This document shows, piece by piece, positions 14,330-25,716 of a stretch of DNA of 64,000 nt. Position 1 is the stretch's first letter, and every line of letters begins with the position of its first letter. Below the pieces are notes generated by a model, which was not told the origin of the DNA, searched no databases, and worked only from the letters and a program-made list of their open reading frames with translations. Source of the DNA: Octopus vulgaris (Eukaryota); NCBI GenBank assembly GCA_951406725.2, contig OX597818.1, forward strand, positions 11,780,001 through 11,844,000, read 5' to 3'. The position numbers were made by a program, and so were the translations under genes.

Positions 14330-15558
14330 AGGGGAATTCAAAATAACCCATTATTAGGTTCGCAAGAACAAGGGCTGCTTTCGTTTCCATCGCAATTCCG
14401 CATTTCTGACGATAGTATATGTCATCAAATAGAAAATAATTGTTCTGAAATATAAATTTTAAAGATTCAATGATAAAGATCTGATTTATGCGTTCCGTGA
14501 GCACTTCGGGGTACTTTTCCAACCAGAATTTAATTACTTTTATTCCATGGTCATGTGGAATGTTAGTGTAAAAATTGATAACATCGAAGGTAACCAATAT
14601 CGCCTCTTCATTAATTGTTTTTGGTAGGTGTTCTAGCATGTCTAAATCGTCTCTAATGAAACTTTTGATGTATTTCAGCAAGGATTTCAATAGGATATCA
14701 AGAAAATTGCTAGGGCGGTGGGTTTCACAGGCTGGCCCAGCTACAATGGGTCTTAAAGTTAAGTCTCCTGGGGTTTGGATATTTATGTATTTGTCTGGTG
14801 ATTGTTTGCAGGCTTCATTGATTATCTTGCTCTTGTGTATTTTATGAAGGCCGTAAAAAAAACTGGGTTTACATTTGAAGTTCGTGATGTAGTCTGTTTC
14901 TTTTTCTCTCAAGCCTTTTCCATGTAGAAGAATTAAGGATGCAAGATTTTTCATTGTTTTTTTTTATAGATTATAACTTTTTCGTAGAAGGCCTCGTTTT
15001 CTAGTATGGATAATACTAGGTTTTTATAGTGTTCTGTGTCCATCAGAACTACAGCACTTCTTTTGTCTGCTTCTTTAATTATCAGTTCTTCGTCGTTTTG
15101 TAGTTCAATTAGATTTCTTCATTCCAGATTGTTGAGGTTCGAATTAATTTTAATGGATGTATAAGGGAAATTTTGGATATGATCGCAGAAGTCATCCAGT
15201 GTTTTATTCCTACCCTTGTGTGGAAGGTAATTACATCTGTTTTTGACTAGTGATTCATCTTCGTGGTTGTAGTCAGTTAGTGCTTCTGCGAGTCGTAGTT
15301 TTCTGTACAATTCCGAAATACTGTCTTTAATTTCATTATGGTTAGATCTTCTTGGGATTGGAGTAAACTTTAAACCTTTGTTTAGAATGTTGATTTTTGT
15401 TATTGAGAGAGTTTTCTTTGATAAGTTAATTACTTTGAGTTTCTCCTGTAAGTTTTGTTCCAACGTGTGTCCCTGTTTCTCTCCACTTGGTCTAAAAAAT
15501 GTTTATTGTAATTTGGTTGGTCGAAGTTATTATTGGTGTTATTATTGTTATTAATTAA

Positions 15559-15640
<82 letters not shown>

Positions 15641-16380
15641 TGGGATTGCTGGGAGGCTGGTGTTGTTGCCTGGGTAAACTGGTTGGGAGCACGTGGTTAG
15701 GGTTTCTTCGTTGCAATGAATTGTTGGGGTGCTTAATTATGCTTGGAATGCTGGGGAGCTTGTTGTGCTGTCTGGGTAAATAGGATTAGGATCCGTAGGT
15801 TGAGTTTCTTCGTTGAGGAGTAAAGGGGATCTCTTGGATGTTTCTAGTTGCTAGGGAGAAAAAATGACTCCTAACTCTCGGTTGGTTTCTTCTGGTGTTT
15901 CTAATTGATGAGTAGTCTCTGTTATTAGATAGAGAATGGTTTACTTCTAGGCAATAAGTCAGTTTTCCGTGTTTGTGTTCTTTTGGATGTTGATTGTTTG
16001 ATCTAGGTGGACATGTATTTATTTCTGTAGATGTATTTGTTCTGGATTTTTTCTTCTGTTTTGGAAGAGGTTATCTGAAGTGGCTAAACGCAAATTACAA
16101 CTAAAAGACAAAATCACTGAAGTGACTAGGGTGCAAGTTTACTCCTGCATTGCTAGAAATAAGAGTAAAAGAACTATTACCCACACACAGAGCACAGTTT
16201 CTAGGATCTCACCTATGAGGATTAATTCTATCCGAAATCGACCGGTTCATATGGCGCCCTCACTTGCTGTGAGAGGTTGTTTGCTTCGTCAGTGAATTGA
16301 AACTGTGCTCTCTTCGGGGCTAAGAGTTCTTTGACTCTTATTTCTAGCAGTGCCAGTGCTGTCTTGCACCTTAGTAACAA
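14330..16380 (-). mobile_element. Penelope-like retroelement remnant (N-terminal region and RT, 3'-truncated)
   Basis: INLSKKTLS...LNKGLKFTP, FYGLHKIHK, LRPIVAG, LVTFDVINFYTNIPHD and [26 protein letters not shown] are PLE RT motifs. Frameshifted; breaks off before the catalytic DD and GIY-YIG domain. The upstream boundary is approximate. Confidence 0.85.
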
Positions 16381-16418
16381 TTAGATTATACATACATATA
16401 TATATATATATATATATG

Positions 16419-16471
<53 letters not shown>

Positions 16472-16508
16472 CATATGTATATATGTGTCGTGTGTATGTA
16501 TATACACC

Positions 16509-16541
<33 letters not shown>

Positions 16542-16646
16542 ATAAAGTTAATCCAAACAAGAAAGCACAAAAAAAACACAACAACGCGAGGACGTGGAAC
16601 AAATATAGTATTATTGGACGCTCAGGAGAGGAAACAAAGAAGGAGG

Positions 16647-16681
16647 GTTTAACGTTTCGAGCGGAGCTCTTCGTCGGAAAC
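16647..16681 (-). ncRNA. Minimal type-I hammerhead ribozyme motif (U4C variant)
   Basis: Minus strand reads gttt-CCGACGA-a-gagc tcc gctc-GAAA-cg-TT-aaac. Stems I and II pair perfectly, stem III is palindromic ACGT; it sits in a roughly 210-bp insert between TA/TG arrays. Confidence 0.6.
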
Positions 16682-16756
16682 ATAGGAGAAGGAAAGATCC
16701 AGAGAAGGGAAGACAGAGGAAAAAAAATCGCCAACGGTACACACGCGGTCACAATG

Positions 16757-16835
<79 letters not shown>

Positions 16836-16946
16836 GGGGAGAGATATGCATATTACGCATATGTATATCTACACAAACAATTATATATTATATATATACG
16901 CATATATATATATATATATGTGTGTGTATGTGTGTATATATATATG

Positions 16947-17054
<108 letters not shown>

Positions 17055-17261
17055 GATAGACAGAGACAGAGACAGACAGCCAGACAGATTTATGAATAAT
17101 ATTGGGCGTATGTCAAAATATTACATAAATAACTAAAAGCCTTTCAGTACAGAAGTCACTACCTGTTGAGTAAATTGTTATTACGAGTTTAAAGCTATTT
17201 CGATATTTAATGCCCAACAGGTTATATGCATTGCGATGCCCAAACGAAATCATTACATATA

Positions 17262-18268
17262 CACAGGCATGGCAGATGTAAATAGACACCACATAAACCG
17301 TCGTTTTATGTTTATTCTAACTTATTGACACTTTGGTAGACGGACAATTCATCGACAGACATTTTTGGCCGACAGCCAACTTACAGAGAGGACAATTGTG
17401 TGGTGTGGTGCAGAGTCCTGTTGCCAGACATAGGGTATTCCAGCAGCCACCCTCTTGGCCCAGGGCAGCACATCCTTCTCCAGGCACTTGTGTTGAGTTT
17501 GATGCCGTGTGGGAATTGACTGTCGGCGAATATTCTATCGACGAATTGTCTGCACACGGACATTTTTATGCTTCAGGTTCTGTATGTGACTGTTTAATCA
17601 TGTCACGTACAAAAGGAACCTTGGAACTGTCTGAATTTCAAAAAGGCCATATTGTGGGTCAATCTGAAGGTGGACACAGTCAATATTAAAAAGGCCATAT
17701 TGTAAGCCAATCTGAAGTCAGCGTAAAATCGCAGAAAAACCTGGGATCCCGCTTTCTACAGTTAATAGAGTGTGCAATTCATCAGAGAGGGGAAAGAGTC
17801 CACATCACCTCGCCCAGGTTGACCAGGGCTCTATGTCAGAACCCTTCTCTTTGTTAAGAGAAGTGTGGAGGATAATTCTTGTTGCAAGGCCTCAGACATA
17901 GCAGCACAAGTTGATGCCAGTCCCTGAACAGCTGTCAGGTATCTCCACAAACTTGGTTACTATGGCAGAGCAACAACAAAGAAGTCACTTCTTTGACCAG
18001 TCAATATCAAGTGGAGAAAAGATTGGGCCAGTGAGATGGTGGAGAGGCCACTAGCATTTTGGGAGGCTGTCATATTCTCCAATGAGTCCAGATTTGCTGT
18101 ATTTTATAACAGTGGCCGAGTGTGGGTCTAGAGACTCTGTGGTCAAGAATTTGACGTGAAAAGATTGCAGCCAACAATGAAACATAGCAGCTATTCTGTG
18201 ATGGTCTGGGGAGCAATTTGGAGCAATAGTCATTTAGAGCTGGTGGAGTGTGAAGGAAATATTGACAC
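17262..18268 (+). pseudogene. Tc1/mariner transposon relic (left end and truncated transposase)
   Basis: MSRTKGTLELSEFQKGHIVG, VIFSNESRF, PTMKHSSYSVMVWGAI. Left end cacaggcatggcagatgtaaatagacacc resembles 13936-13963. Confidence 0.8.
17335..17558. mobile_element. MITE nested in the Tc1 relic
   Basis: Roughly 40-bp imperfect TIRs: gacaattcatcgac...gccgacagccaa and ttgactgtcggcg...tcgacgaattgtc. Confidence 0.6.
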
Positions 18269-18278
18269 AAATAAAAAC

Positions 18279-19430
18279 GTGTGACCGTTTAAAGTTAAAG
18301 CCATTGCTTGTGTATCATGCATACAACCCCCGTGCCCCGAAGAACATACCCAAGGCATCTCTCCCTGTTATATGGATGGTTAATTCAAAAGCATGGATTA
18401 CTGCTGCTGTTTTTGAGGATTGGTTCTTCAATCATTTTATCCCAACAGCAGAGAATTACTGCAAGAAGGGAATTCCTTTTAAGGTTTTACTTATCTTAGA
18501 TAATGCTCCTGGCCACCCGCAAAACATCATAGATTTTGACCCCAACGTTACCGTCATATACCTCCCTCCGAACACCACGTCTCTTCTGCAGCCAATGGAT
18601 GAGGGAATAACTGCTATCTTCAAGAGTTACTATATGAAGCGTACGCTGCGGCAAGCAATAACTGCAACTGATCTTGAGTCCATCACACTTCGTGACTTTT
18701 GGAAGAGATACGTTATCTACAAGGCTGTACAGAACATAGCAGCAGCATGGAATGATGTACTGAGCACGGCTATGAATGGTGTATGAAGGAAGCTATGCCC
18801 GCAATTTGTGAATGACTTTAAGGGGTTTGATAATGTTGCCGCTAGCAAAACGTTGGTGACTACGAGCAAAGAACTGGAAATGGACTTGGAGGAGGAGGAT
18901 TCCAGATTTATTTGAAAAAGACAAGCAGCCCGTGACGAACGAGCATTTGATTGAGCTTCATGAGCAGCAAAATAATGGAGAAGAGGAAGTCGAACCTGAT
19001 CCACGTCACTTTACCATTAAGAAAACGCAGCAAGCACTTGCATATATCGAAAAAGGTCTATGTTCAAGGATATGGATCCAAATGCTCGACGCTTTTCCAA
19101 GATTATGGGGACTTGTCACGAAGCTTTTGCTCTTAATTGTGTAATCCTTGAGGAAAAGAAGACAATTCAAGGAACTCTCAACCTGTTTTTTAAGTGCATC
19201 GAACAACAAGAACAGCCAGAATCAGCTGTTAATGTTGATCCACAGCCATCTACATCCGCAGTGTAAACCGCCAAATTGTATGCACGTATTAGTAAATTTG
19301 AAATAATTTTGGGTTTTTTTTTATTATTGCAAAACAGTAATAAATACTGAATTTGTATTTTAAGCTTTAAAAAGGCTTTTATTTTACCATGTATTATTGC
19401 AAACCGCATTCATAAATAAACTATCCGCGA
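18279..19430 (+). pseudogene. pogo/Tigger-type DDE transposase relic
   Basis: KLKPLLVYH, NSKAWIT, FEDWF, VLLILDNAPGHP, YLPPNTTSLLQPMDEGI, acidic C-terminal tail; stops and frameshifts. Confidence 0.88.
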
Positions 19431-19464
19431 TGTACGGTAAACACCGTCAAATTGTATTCGTAGA

Positions 19465-19857
19465 CTAGTAGTATAGCCCGTCGTTGCTCGAGTTTGTTTT
19501 CTTTTCGACCCTTTAGAATTGGAATTTTTGAAAAGTCGAAATTTTGCATTATGTAGCTTGCTATATTCTTTAAGTGAACATTTTTCTGGTTGAAATACAC
19601 CGAAAAATGGCGACACAACAGTAAAAAAATCGTTAAAAATAGGGATTTTCATAGAAAAAAAGCACCTTTTTGATGTAAATAATTTTTGGTCTTGAAATGG
19701 TCCAATTTGAATTTTTTCTTCTACGGAATGAAGAGCAAGCCTTCTATCATACTCTCAATTTTGGTCAACTTGCGCCGCAGGATCTCGGAGGAGATAGTGT
19801 TAGTTGAAAGCTACCAAACCTGCCACACACAGACAACTTCAGCTTTATATATAAAGA
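19465..19857 (-). mobile_element. Non-autonomous Helitron
   Basis: Minus strand A|TCTTTATATATAAAG ... subterminal imperfect hairpin (ctcgagcaacgacggg) ... CTAG|T. Inserted at an AT dinucleotide without a TSD. Confidence 0.75.
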
Positions 19858-20133
19858 TTTAGATTACTCTTTTTTTTACTGTATTGTATCAAAAAAATAA
19901 AATTTATTTGTTTGTAAGCTTAAAATAGGTTTTTATTAACCATGCATTATTGAAAATGCATTCATAGAGTACAAAACTGGAAATAGTTATTATAGGTTTA
20001 GCCCAGAGACAAGTAAATTCGATTTAAGTCGTGTCTCCTGGAACCAATTAACGAGGTAGCGTGGGGTATGCCTGTGTATATATATACCTTGTGAGTGGAT
20101 TTGGTAGGTGGAAGCTGAAAGAAGCCTGTCGTG

Positions 20134-20207
<74 letters not shown>

Positions 20208-20529
20208 CATATGTATATATATGTATATGTACATATATATAATTATTATCATCATTATTATTATTATTATTATTTACCAAAGCCTATTCCCCATAGGAGT
20301 TGGTAGCCACAACAAGACACACACCAGGCATTCCATTCATTTCCCAGCTCAAAGAGGCGAGCTACGTCCTATACTCGGGTCGTGGCATAGAAAGCAACCC
20401 CCGATATCAGCAGCGGTTCCCGACAGCATACGCTGGTTTACCCCCTCCGCATCATGCTGGTTCCGAACCCATTTGATCAATATCAATTCACTCATCCGTC
20501 CACAAACACTCTCCAAGCTTTCCTATCTT

Positions 20530-20960
20530 AAATAAACTCTCTTGCCTCTCTCACTCAAAGTCCTCTAACCACCAAAGCTTTCCTCACTCCATCCATCTAC
20601 ACAAACCCAAGTCTACCTCTGGTTCTGCTGCCCACCACTTCTGTTTTCATCACACTCCATACCATCGGATCCATGTGACCAAACCACCTCAATCTTCGTC
20701 TGTCCATTCTGATACATAGATTTTCTCTCATTCCTGCTCGCCTTCACACCTCTTCATACCTCATACTGTTACACCAACCATTGCCCTCAAACATCTCATC
20801 TCAAACACATCTACTCGCCTCCTTTCCGTTTCTCTCAGACACCACGTCTTGGCACCATATAACATTGTCAGTAGAATCACGCCCTCATACACACCTCTTT
20901 TCGCTCTCATACTCAACCTTTTATCTCTTAGCATACCTTTCACAACTATAAGTATCTTAC
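20530..20960 (-). mobile_element. RTE-type LINE fragment (post-RT region)
   Basis: LSMRAKRGVYEGVILLTMLYGAKTW...VFEMRCLRAMVGVT, followed downstream by LRWFGHM. Confidence 0.75.
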
Positions 20961-20983
20961 TTATATATAGGTATAAGTCCGTC

Positions 20984-21046
<63 letters not shown>

Positions 21047-21096
21047 AAATGTTGAATTTCTAAATCTCTCATAGAGACATGTACGGTGGTGGGGCG

Positions 21097-21349
21097 ATAG
21101 AATGGTTGTATACTGTCAATCTAACAAGAACGTAACAGTAGGGGGTACACCACCGTTGTATAGCCCTAGGAGGCATCGAACGCCTCCTGACAGCTTCGAC
21201 ACATTTTTTCCCTTATATGTATATAAGGACACAGGGAAAAACTGTGTCGAAGCTGTCAGGAGGCGTTCGATGCCTCCTAGGGCTATACAACGGTGGTGTA
21301 CCCCATACTGTCACGTTCTTGTTAGATTGACAGTATACAACCATTCTAT
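21097..21349. repeat. Fold-back inverted repeat (about 117-bp arms, about 20-nt loop)
   Basis: 21097-21213 is a near-perfect reverse complement of 21234-21349; lies between (TA)n arrays. Confidence 0.92.
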
Positions 21350-21369
21350 ATATATATATATATATATAT

Positions 21370-21690
21370 TCTTTTCACTGCGGCCATGCTAGAGCAACGC
21401 CTTAAAGCGTTTTAATCGAGAAATCGACCCTAGGGCTTATTCTTTGTAAGCCTACTACTTATTCTATCGGTCTCCTTTCCCGAACCGCTAAGTTACAGGG
21501 ACATAAACACACCAGCATCGGTTGTCAAGCGATGGCGGGCGACAAACACAGACACATACACACACAAAATATATATATATATATATATATACGACGGGCT
21601 TCATCCAGTTTCCGTCTATCAAAAATCCACTCAGAAGGCTTTGGCACCCCGCGGCTATAGTAGAAGACACTTGCCCATGGTGTCACGCAT
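21370..21690 (-). mobile_element. SINE family B with internal TA/CA microsatellite
   Basis: Reverse complement of 31201-31600. Confidence 0.78.
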
Positions 21691-21748
21691 GTGGCCGATA
21701 AGCAAACATCTTATCACACAGTAACGCCTGTATATATTATTATTATTA

Positions 21749-21801
<53 letters not shown>

Positions 21802-22159
21802 GTCGTAGTCGTTGTTGTTGTTTAACACAGAGCCAATCTTGATGGCACAAACCAATGACTGAAGCCAGTTTGACGGTGCCCTTCTATCTTTTTCCATTAT
21901 TCAAGGAACTCAGAACCCGGTTATTTAAGATGCACATTTCTGAGAAAACGAGTGATTTGAAGAAGATTTAACTGCTATTTTTAGCTAGTCACTTACTTAA
22001 GACTCTCTCATTGGTTCAATATATAATATTGATAATTGATTATTGTGTAGTTATTATCACTGAATGGTTGATTGGTTGGTTGATGGTGAGGTTAGAAAAT
22101 ATATTCTGTGTTTACTTTGTTAGGTTTTAACTATTTCTCTTTCTCACACCATGACGAAG

Positions 22160-22555
<396 letters not shown>

Positions 22556-22690
22556 AGAGGAATGATTTGAAAAATATAGCCGGACACATATATATATATA
22601 GTTGGAATTTATAAAAAAAGCAAAAGAGGAAGACAGGTGTATAAACAACAAACAGGTGTATTAGTTTAACGCTCGGGAAGGTGAGAAAGT

Positions 22691-22726
22691 CTTTTACGTT
22701 TCGAGCCTACGCTCTTCAACAGAAAG
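22691..22726 (-). ncRNA. Minimal type-I hammerhead ribozyme motif (A6U variant)
   Basis: Minus strand reads cttt-CTGTTGA-a-gagc gtag gctc-GAAA-cg-TA-aaag. Same architecture as 16647-16681 with different but paired stem I. Confidence 0.6.
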
Positions 22727-22868
22727 GAACACGAGAAAATAAACAAAGAGAGAATTTTAAAAAAAGCTTTAGCGGAAGGGAAGAAAAACAGAGTAAGAAA
22801 AACAACAATAAGAAAAAGTAGAAAGTTCAAAAAGTTCCCAAAGAAAGTTCAAAATAAGTTCACTATAG

Positions 22869-22923
<55 letters not shown>

Positions 22924-23141
22924 CACACACATGCATACATATATATATCGTCAGTAAATTATAAATCCGAAAAAGAAGCACACTCTAAGTTATAGAGCAG
23001 TATAGTATTTAGAGAAAGGTAGTTATGGCCAGTTCATATGACCGGCGGCCATTCGGGTCTAACGAAACATATATAAAGCTAAGCGCTTTATGGGTGCAAA
23101 ACCCTGGGTAACTCTATGAAATGGGTATAACTATCCTTCTC

Positions 23142-23213
<72 letters not shown>

Positions 23214-23313
23214 ATGATGAGGGAGATAAATTAATATTAATTTTAATATCAATTTAAAACCAGTAGTCCAGCATACAAAAATCTGAGAAATCAGAGAAAA
23301 TTCTAATATATGT

Positions 23314-23705
23314 GTATATTGGCAGGGCTTACTGCTAGGGAGTCGGCCGTATGCTAGAAATAGACCATCAACGATCAAACTACAAGGAAATTCTCTAGAG
23401 GAAAAATACAGCGAACACCAGAACCAACTTTGGCGGGCATGACATATGAAAATTTATATTAAAAACAGAATTAAATGCATACCTCGGTTTCAGCCTTAAC
23501 AAAAGAATTATTTACGTAATTCAAATGTCCGTGCTTCTTCAGTGCATCCGTTAATTCTGTTCTTAATATAAATTTTCATATGTCATGCCCGCCAAAGTTG
23601 GTTCTGGTGTTCGGTGTATTTTTCCTCTAGAGAATTTCCTTGTAGTTTGATCGTTGATGGTCTATTTCTAGCATACGGCCGACTCCCTAGCAGTAAGCCC
23701 TGCCA

Positions 23706-23711
<6 letters not shown>
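23314..23711. repeat. Fold-back inverted repeat (about 160-bp arms) enclosing a hammerhead
   Basis: 23314-23474 is a near-perfect reverse complement of 23550-23711; flanked by TA-rich arrays. Confidence 0.93.
23475..23547 (-). ncRNA. Type-I hammerhead ribozyme with intact core
   Basis: Minus strand reads atgca-CTGAAGA-agc...gaatta cgtaaa taattc...gct-GAAA-cc ga gg-TA-tgcat. All core nucleotides are present and the cleavage triplet is GUA. Confidence 0.75.
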
Positions 23712-23748
<37 letters not shown>

Positions 23749-23750
23749 CG

Positions 23751-23811
23751 GATAACTGAAGAGATGGCGGCGTGGGTTTCCACCCCGGCATCCGAAACTC
23801 GGAGTTTTATC
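23751..23811 (+). ncRNA. Type-I hammerhead ribozyme motif
   Basis: gataa-CTGAAGA-gatggcgg...gtgg gttt ccac...ccggcatcc-GAAA-ctc g gag-TT-ttatc. Stem II has a 1-nt register defect. Confidence 0.62.
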
Positions 23812-23932
23812 ATGGCTACTGAATAATTGTCACATATTAGATTTACAGATAAATTCCTCTATTTACATAATATCGAGGTCTCTTTCATTCTTTGGTTGTC
23901 TTACCATTTTTATCAATATATATATATGTGTG

Positions 23933-23966
<34 letters not shown>

Positions 23967-24107
23967 TGTATGTATGTATGTATGTATGTATGTGTGTGTG
24001 TGTGCATGTGTGTATGTATGTATTTATATTTACACACACACATGCATACGTACATACACATGTGCACACGCACGTATGAAGAGAGGGGGAGAGAATGACA
24101 GAGAGAC

Positions 24108-24146
<39 letters not shown>

Positions 24147-24602
24147 AGGGTGAATGGATGAATGAATGAATGAAAATAGTGATGACATCAAAGAATATAG
24201 GAATGTATGGAATTTGTAAATGCCTATAAGTCTGTGTTTGCGTAAGTCTATGTATGTATGTATGTATGTATGTATGTATGTATGTATGTATGTATGTATG
24301 TATGCATTTGTGAGCGTACAATATATATACAAATTATTTTGTTTACAAATTAGTAGATAAAAATAAATTTTTAAAAATCAACCCATTCTACATTCATACA
24401 GGCACACAGACAGACACATATCCCACGACAATCCTCAACTGCATGGCCTTTTCAAGTTAAACTTTGATGGCCACCACCACCATCATCATCATCATTATCA
24501 TCATCATCTGCATCAATTTAATTTTAATTTTATATTTTTTTCAGCTCTTCTTTTGTTGAATGGTTATAGACCATCTTACATAATCCTTACATGAAATAAT
24601 GT

Positions 24603-24910
24603 GAGGGCGCATGGCTCAGTGGTTAGAGCGTCGGGCTCACAATCATGAGATTGTAAGTTCGATTCCCGGAACGGGTTTTGTGTTGCGTTCTTGAGCAAGA
24701 CACTTTATTTCACGTCTCTCCAGTTCACTCAGCTATAGAAATGAGTTGCGATGTCATCGGTGCTAAGCTGTATCGGCCTTTGCCTTTCCCTTGGATAACA
24801 TCGGTGGCGTAGAGAAGGTAGGTTGATATGCATTGCTTACTGCTGGTCTTTCACAAACAACTTTGCCCGGACTAGGTGCAATTCCATGGTTATTCGTGAC
24901 TGAAGTGAGT
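24603..24910 (+). mobile_element. tRNA-derived SINE (family C)
   Basis: Box A TGGCTCAGTGG and box B GTTCGATTCC head; 3' part shared with 53080-53275. Confidence 0.75.
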
Positions 24911-24939
24911 CATTTACACGAAACAGCTGTAGATGAGTG

Positions 24940-25716
24940 ATTCTATGGGTGGATAGAAATGAATGCCCTCATTACATTCAGATGTAACAGTACAGAAGTC
25001 AGATGATCCTTGTCGTCATCTACAGTTTCCCCGAGAATGTCGTCACGCTTTCCCATCATTAATTCGCTACAGAATGCTAACGTGAAAGTTCCCCCAGGTG
25101 CATTACCCGACTGGTAGAGGGCTGTGTGCACCCGACTATACTCCAGATGTCAAGATCCCGATCTTGAACTTCACTTGATCCAGGACCTCAATCAAAGGGG
25201 CGAACTGTGGCTGGAGCCCCAACGCATGTCTATGGAATGAAAAGGAGGAGTGAACCCAGTGTAGGTTCCGCGACTGTCTAGCAACAGCACAGTCACTCAG
25301 AAATTCCGGTTTGGTGTCTGGCGTGCTGAAAGACCACTGGATATGCAGTGAATGCGATTGGCCTTTTTGGAGATCTTTTGCTTGCGTCGCGCCTAAGATC
25401 ATGGCGCTTCCATATTCCTGAGCCTGTGACCCATATTGGCACTAGATAATGAAGCTCCAACGCATACACTTTCTGGAGCTCCAATAGACGTCTATGCAAC
25501 ATCTGCTCCACGAAGAGGATGTTGGCGGCAGATGACCCGGTTAACAAGTGGAGTGAGTCCATTCTTTAGGAAGCGAAGGAGCAGACACTCTAATTCAGTC
25601 TGGTGAGAACCGGAGCAAGGCACATCGATCAGGCGGTAATGTATAACGGAGGTGGTACACATGTTCGCTACTTCATCCCAGTTTCTGACAATCTTTAAGT
25701 TTGGGCCTAACCACAC
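24940..25716 (-). mobile_element. Degenerate LINE fragment (clade uncertain, L1/Tx1-like)
   Basis: GC-richer segment with broken minus-strand ORFs resembling post-RT LINE sequence; weak evidence. Confidence 0.35.

Noticed and set aside
16235-16298. Hammerhead-like CTGACGA...GAA-ccgg-TC on the minus strand at the 5' end of the Penelope remnant
   Set aside because: One A of GAAA is missing and stems I and II do not pair convincingly. It is plausibly a decayed ribozyme but is not supportable as a feature.
24603-24690. tRNA gene candidate with A and B boxes
   Set aside because: It does not close a proper cloverleaf and continues into repeat body shared with other copies, so it is a SINE head.
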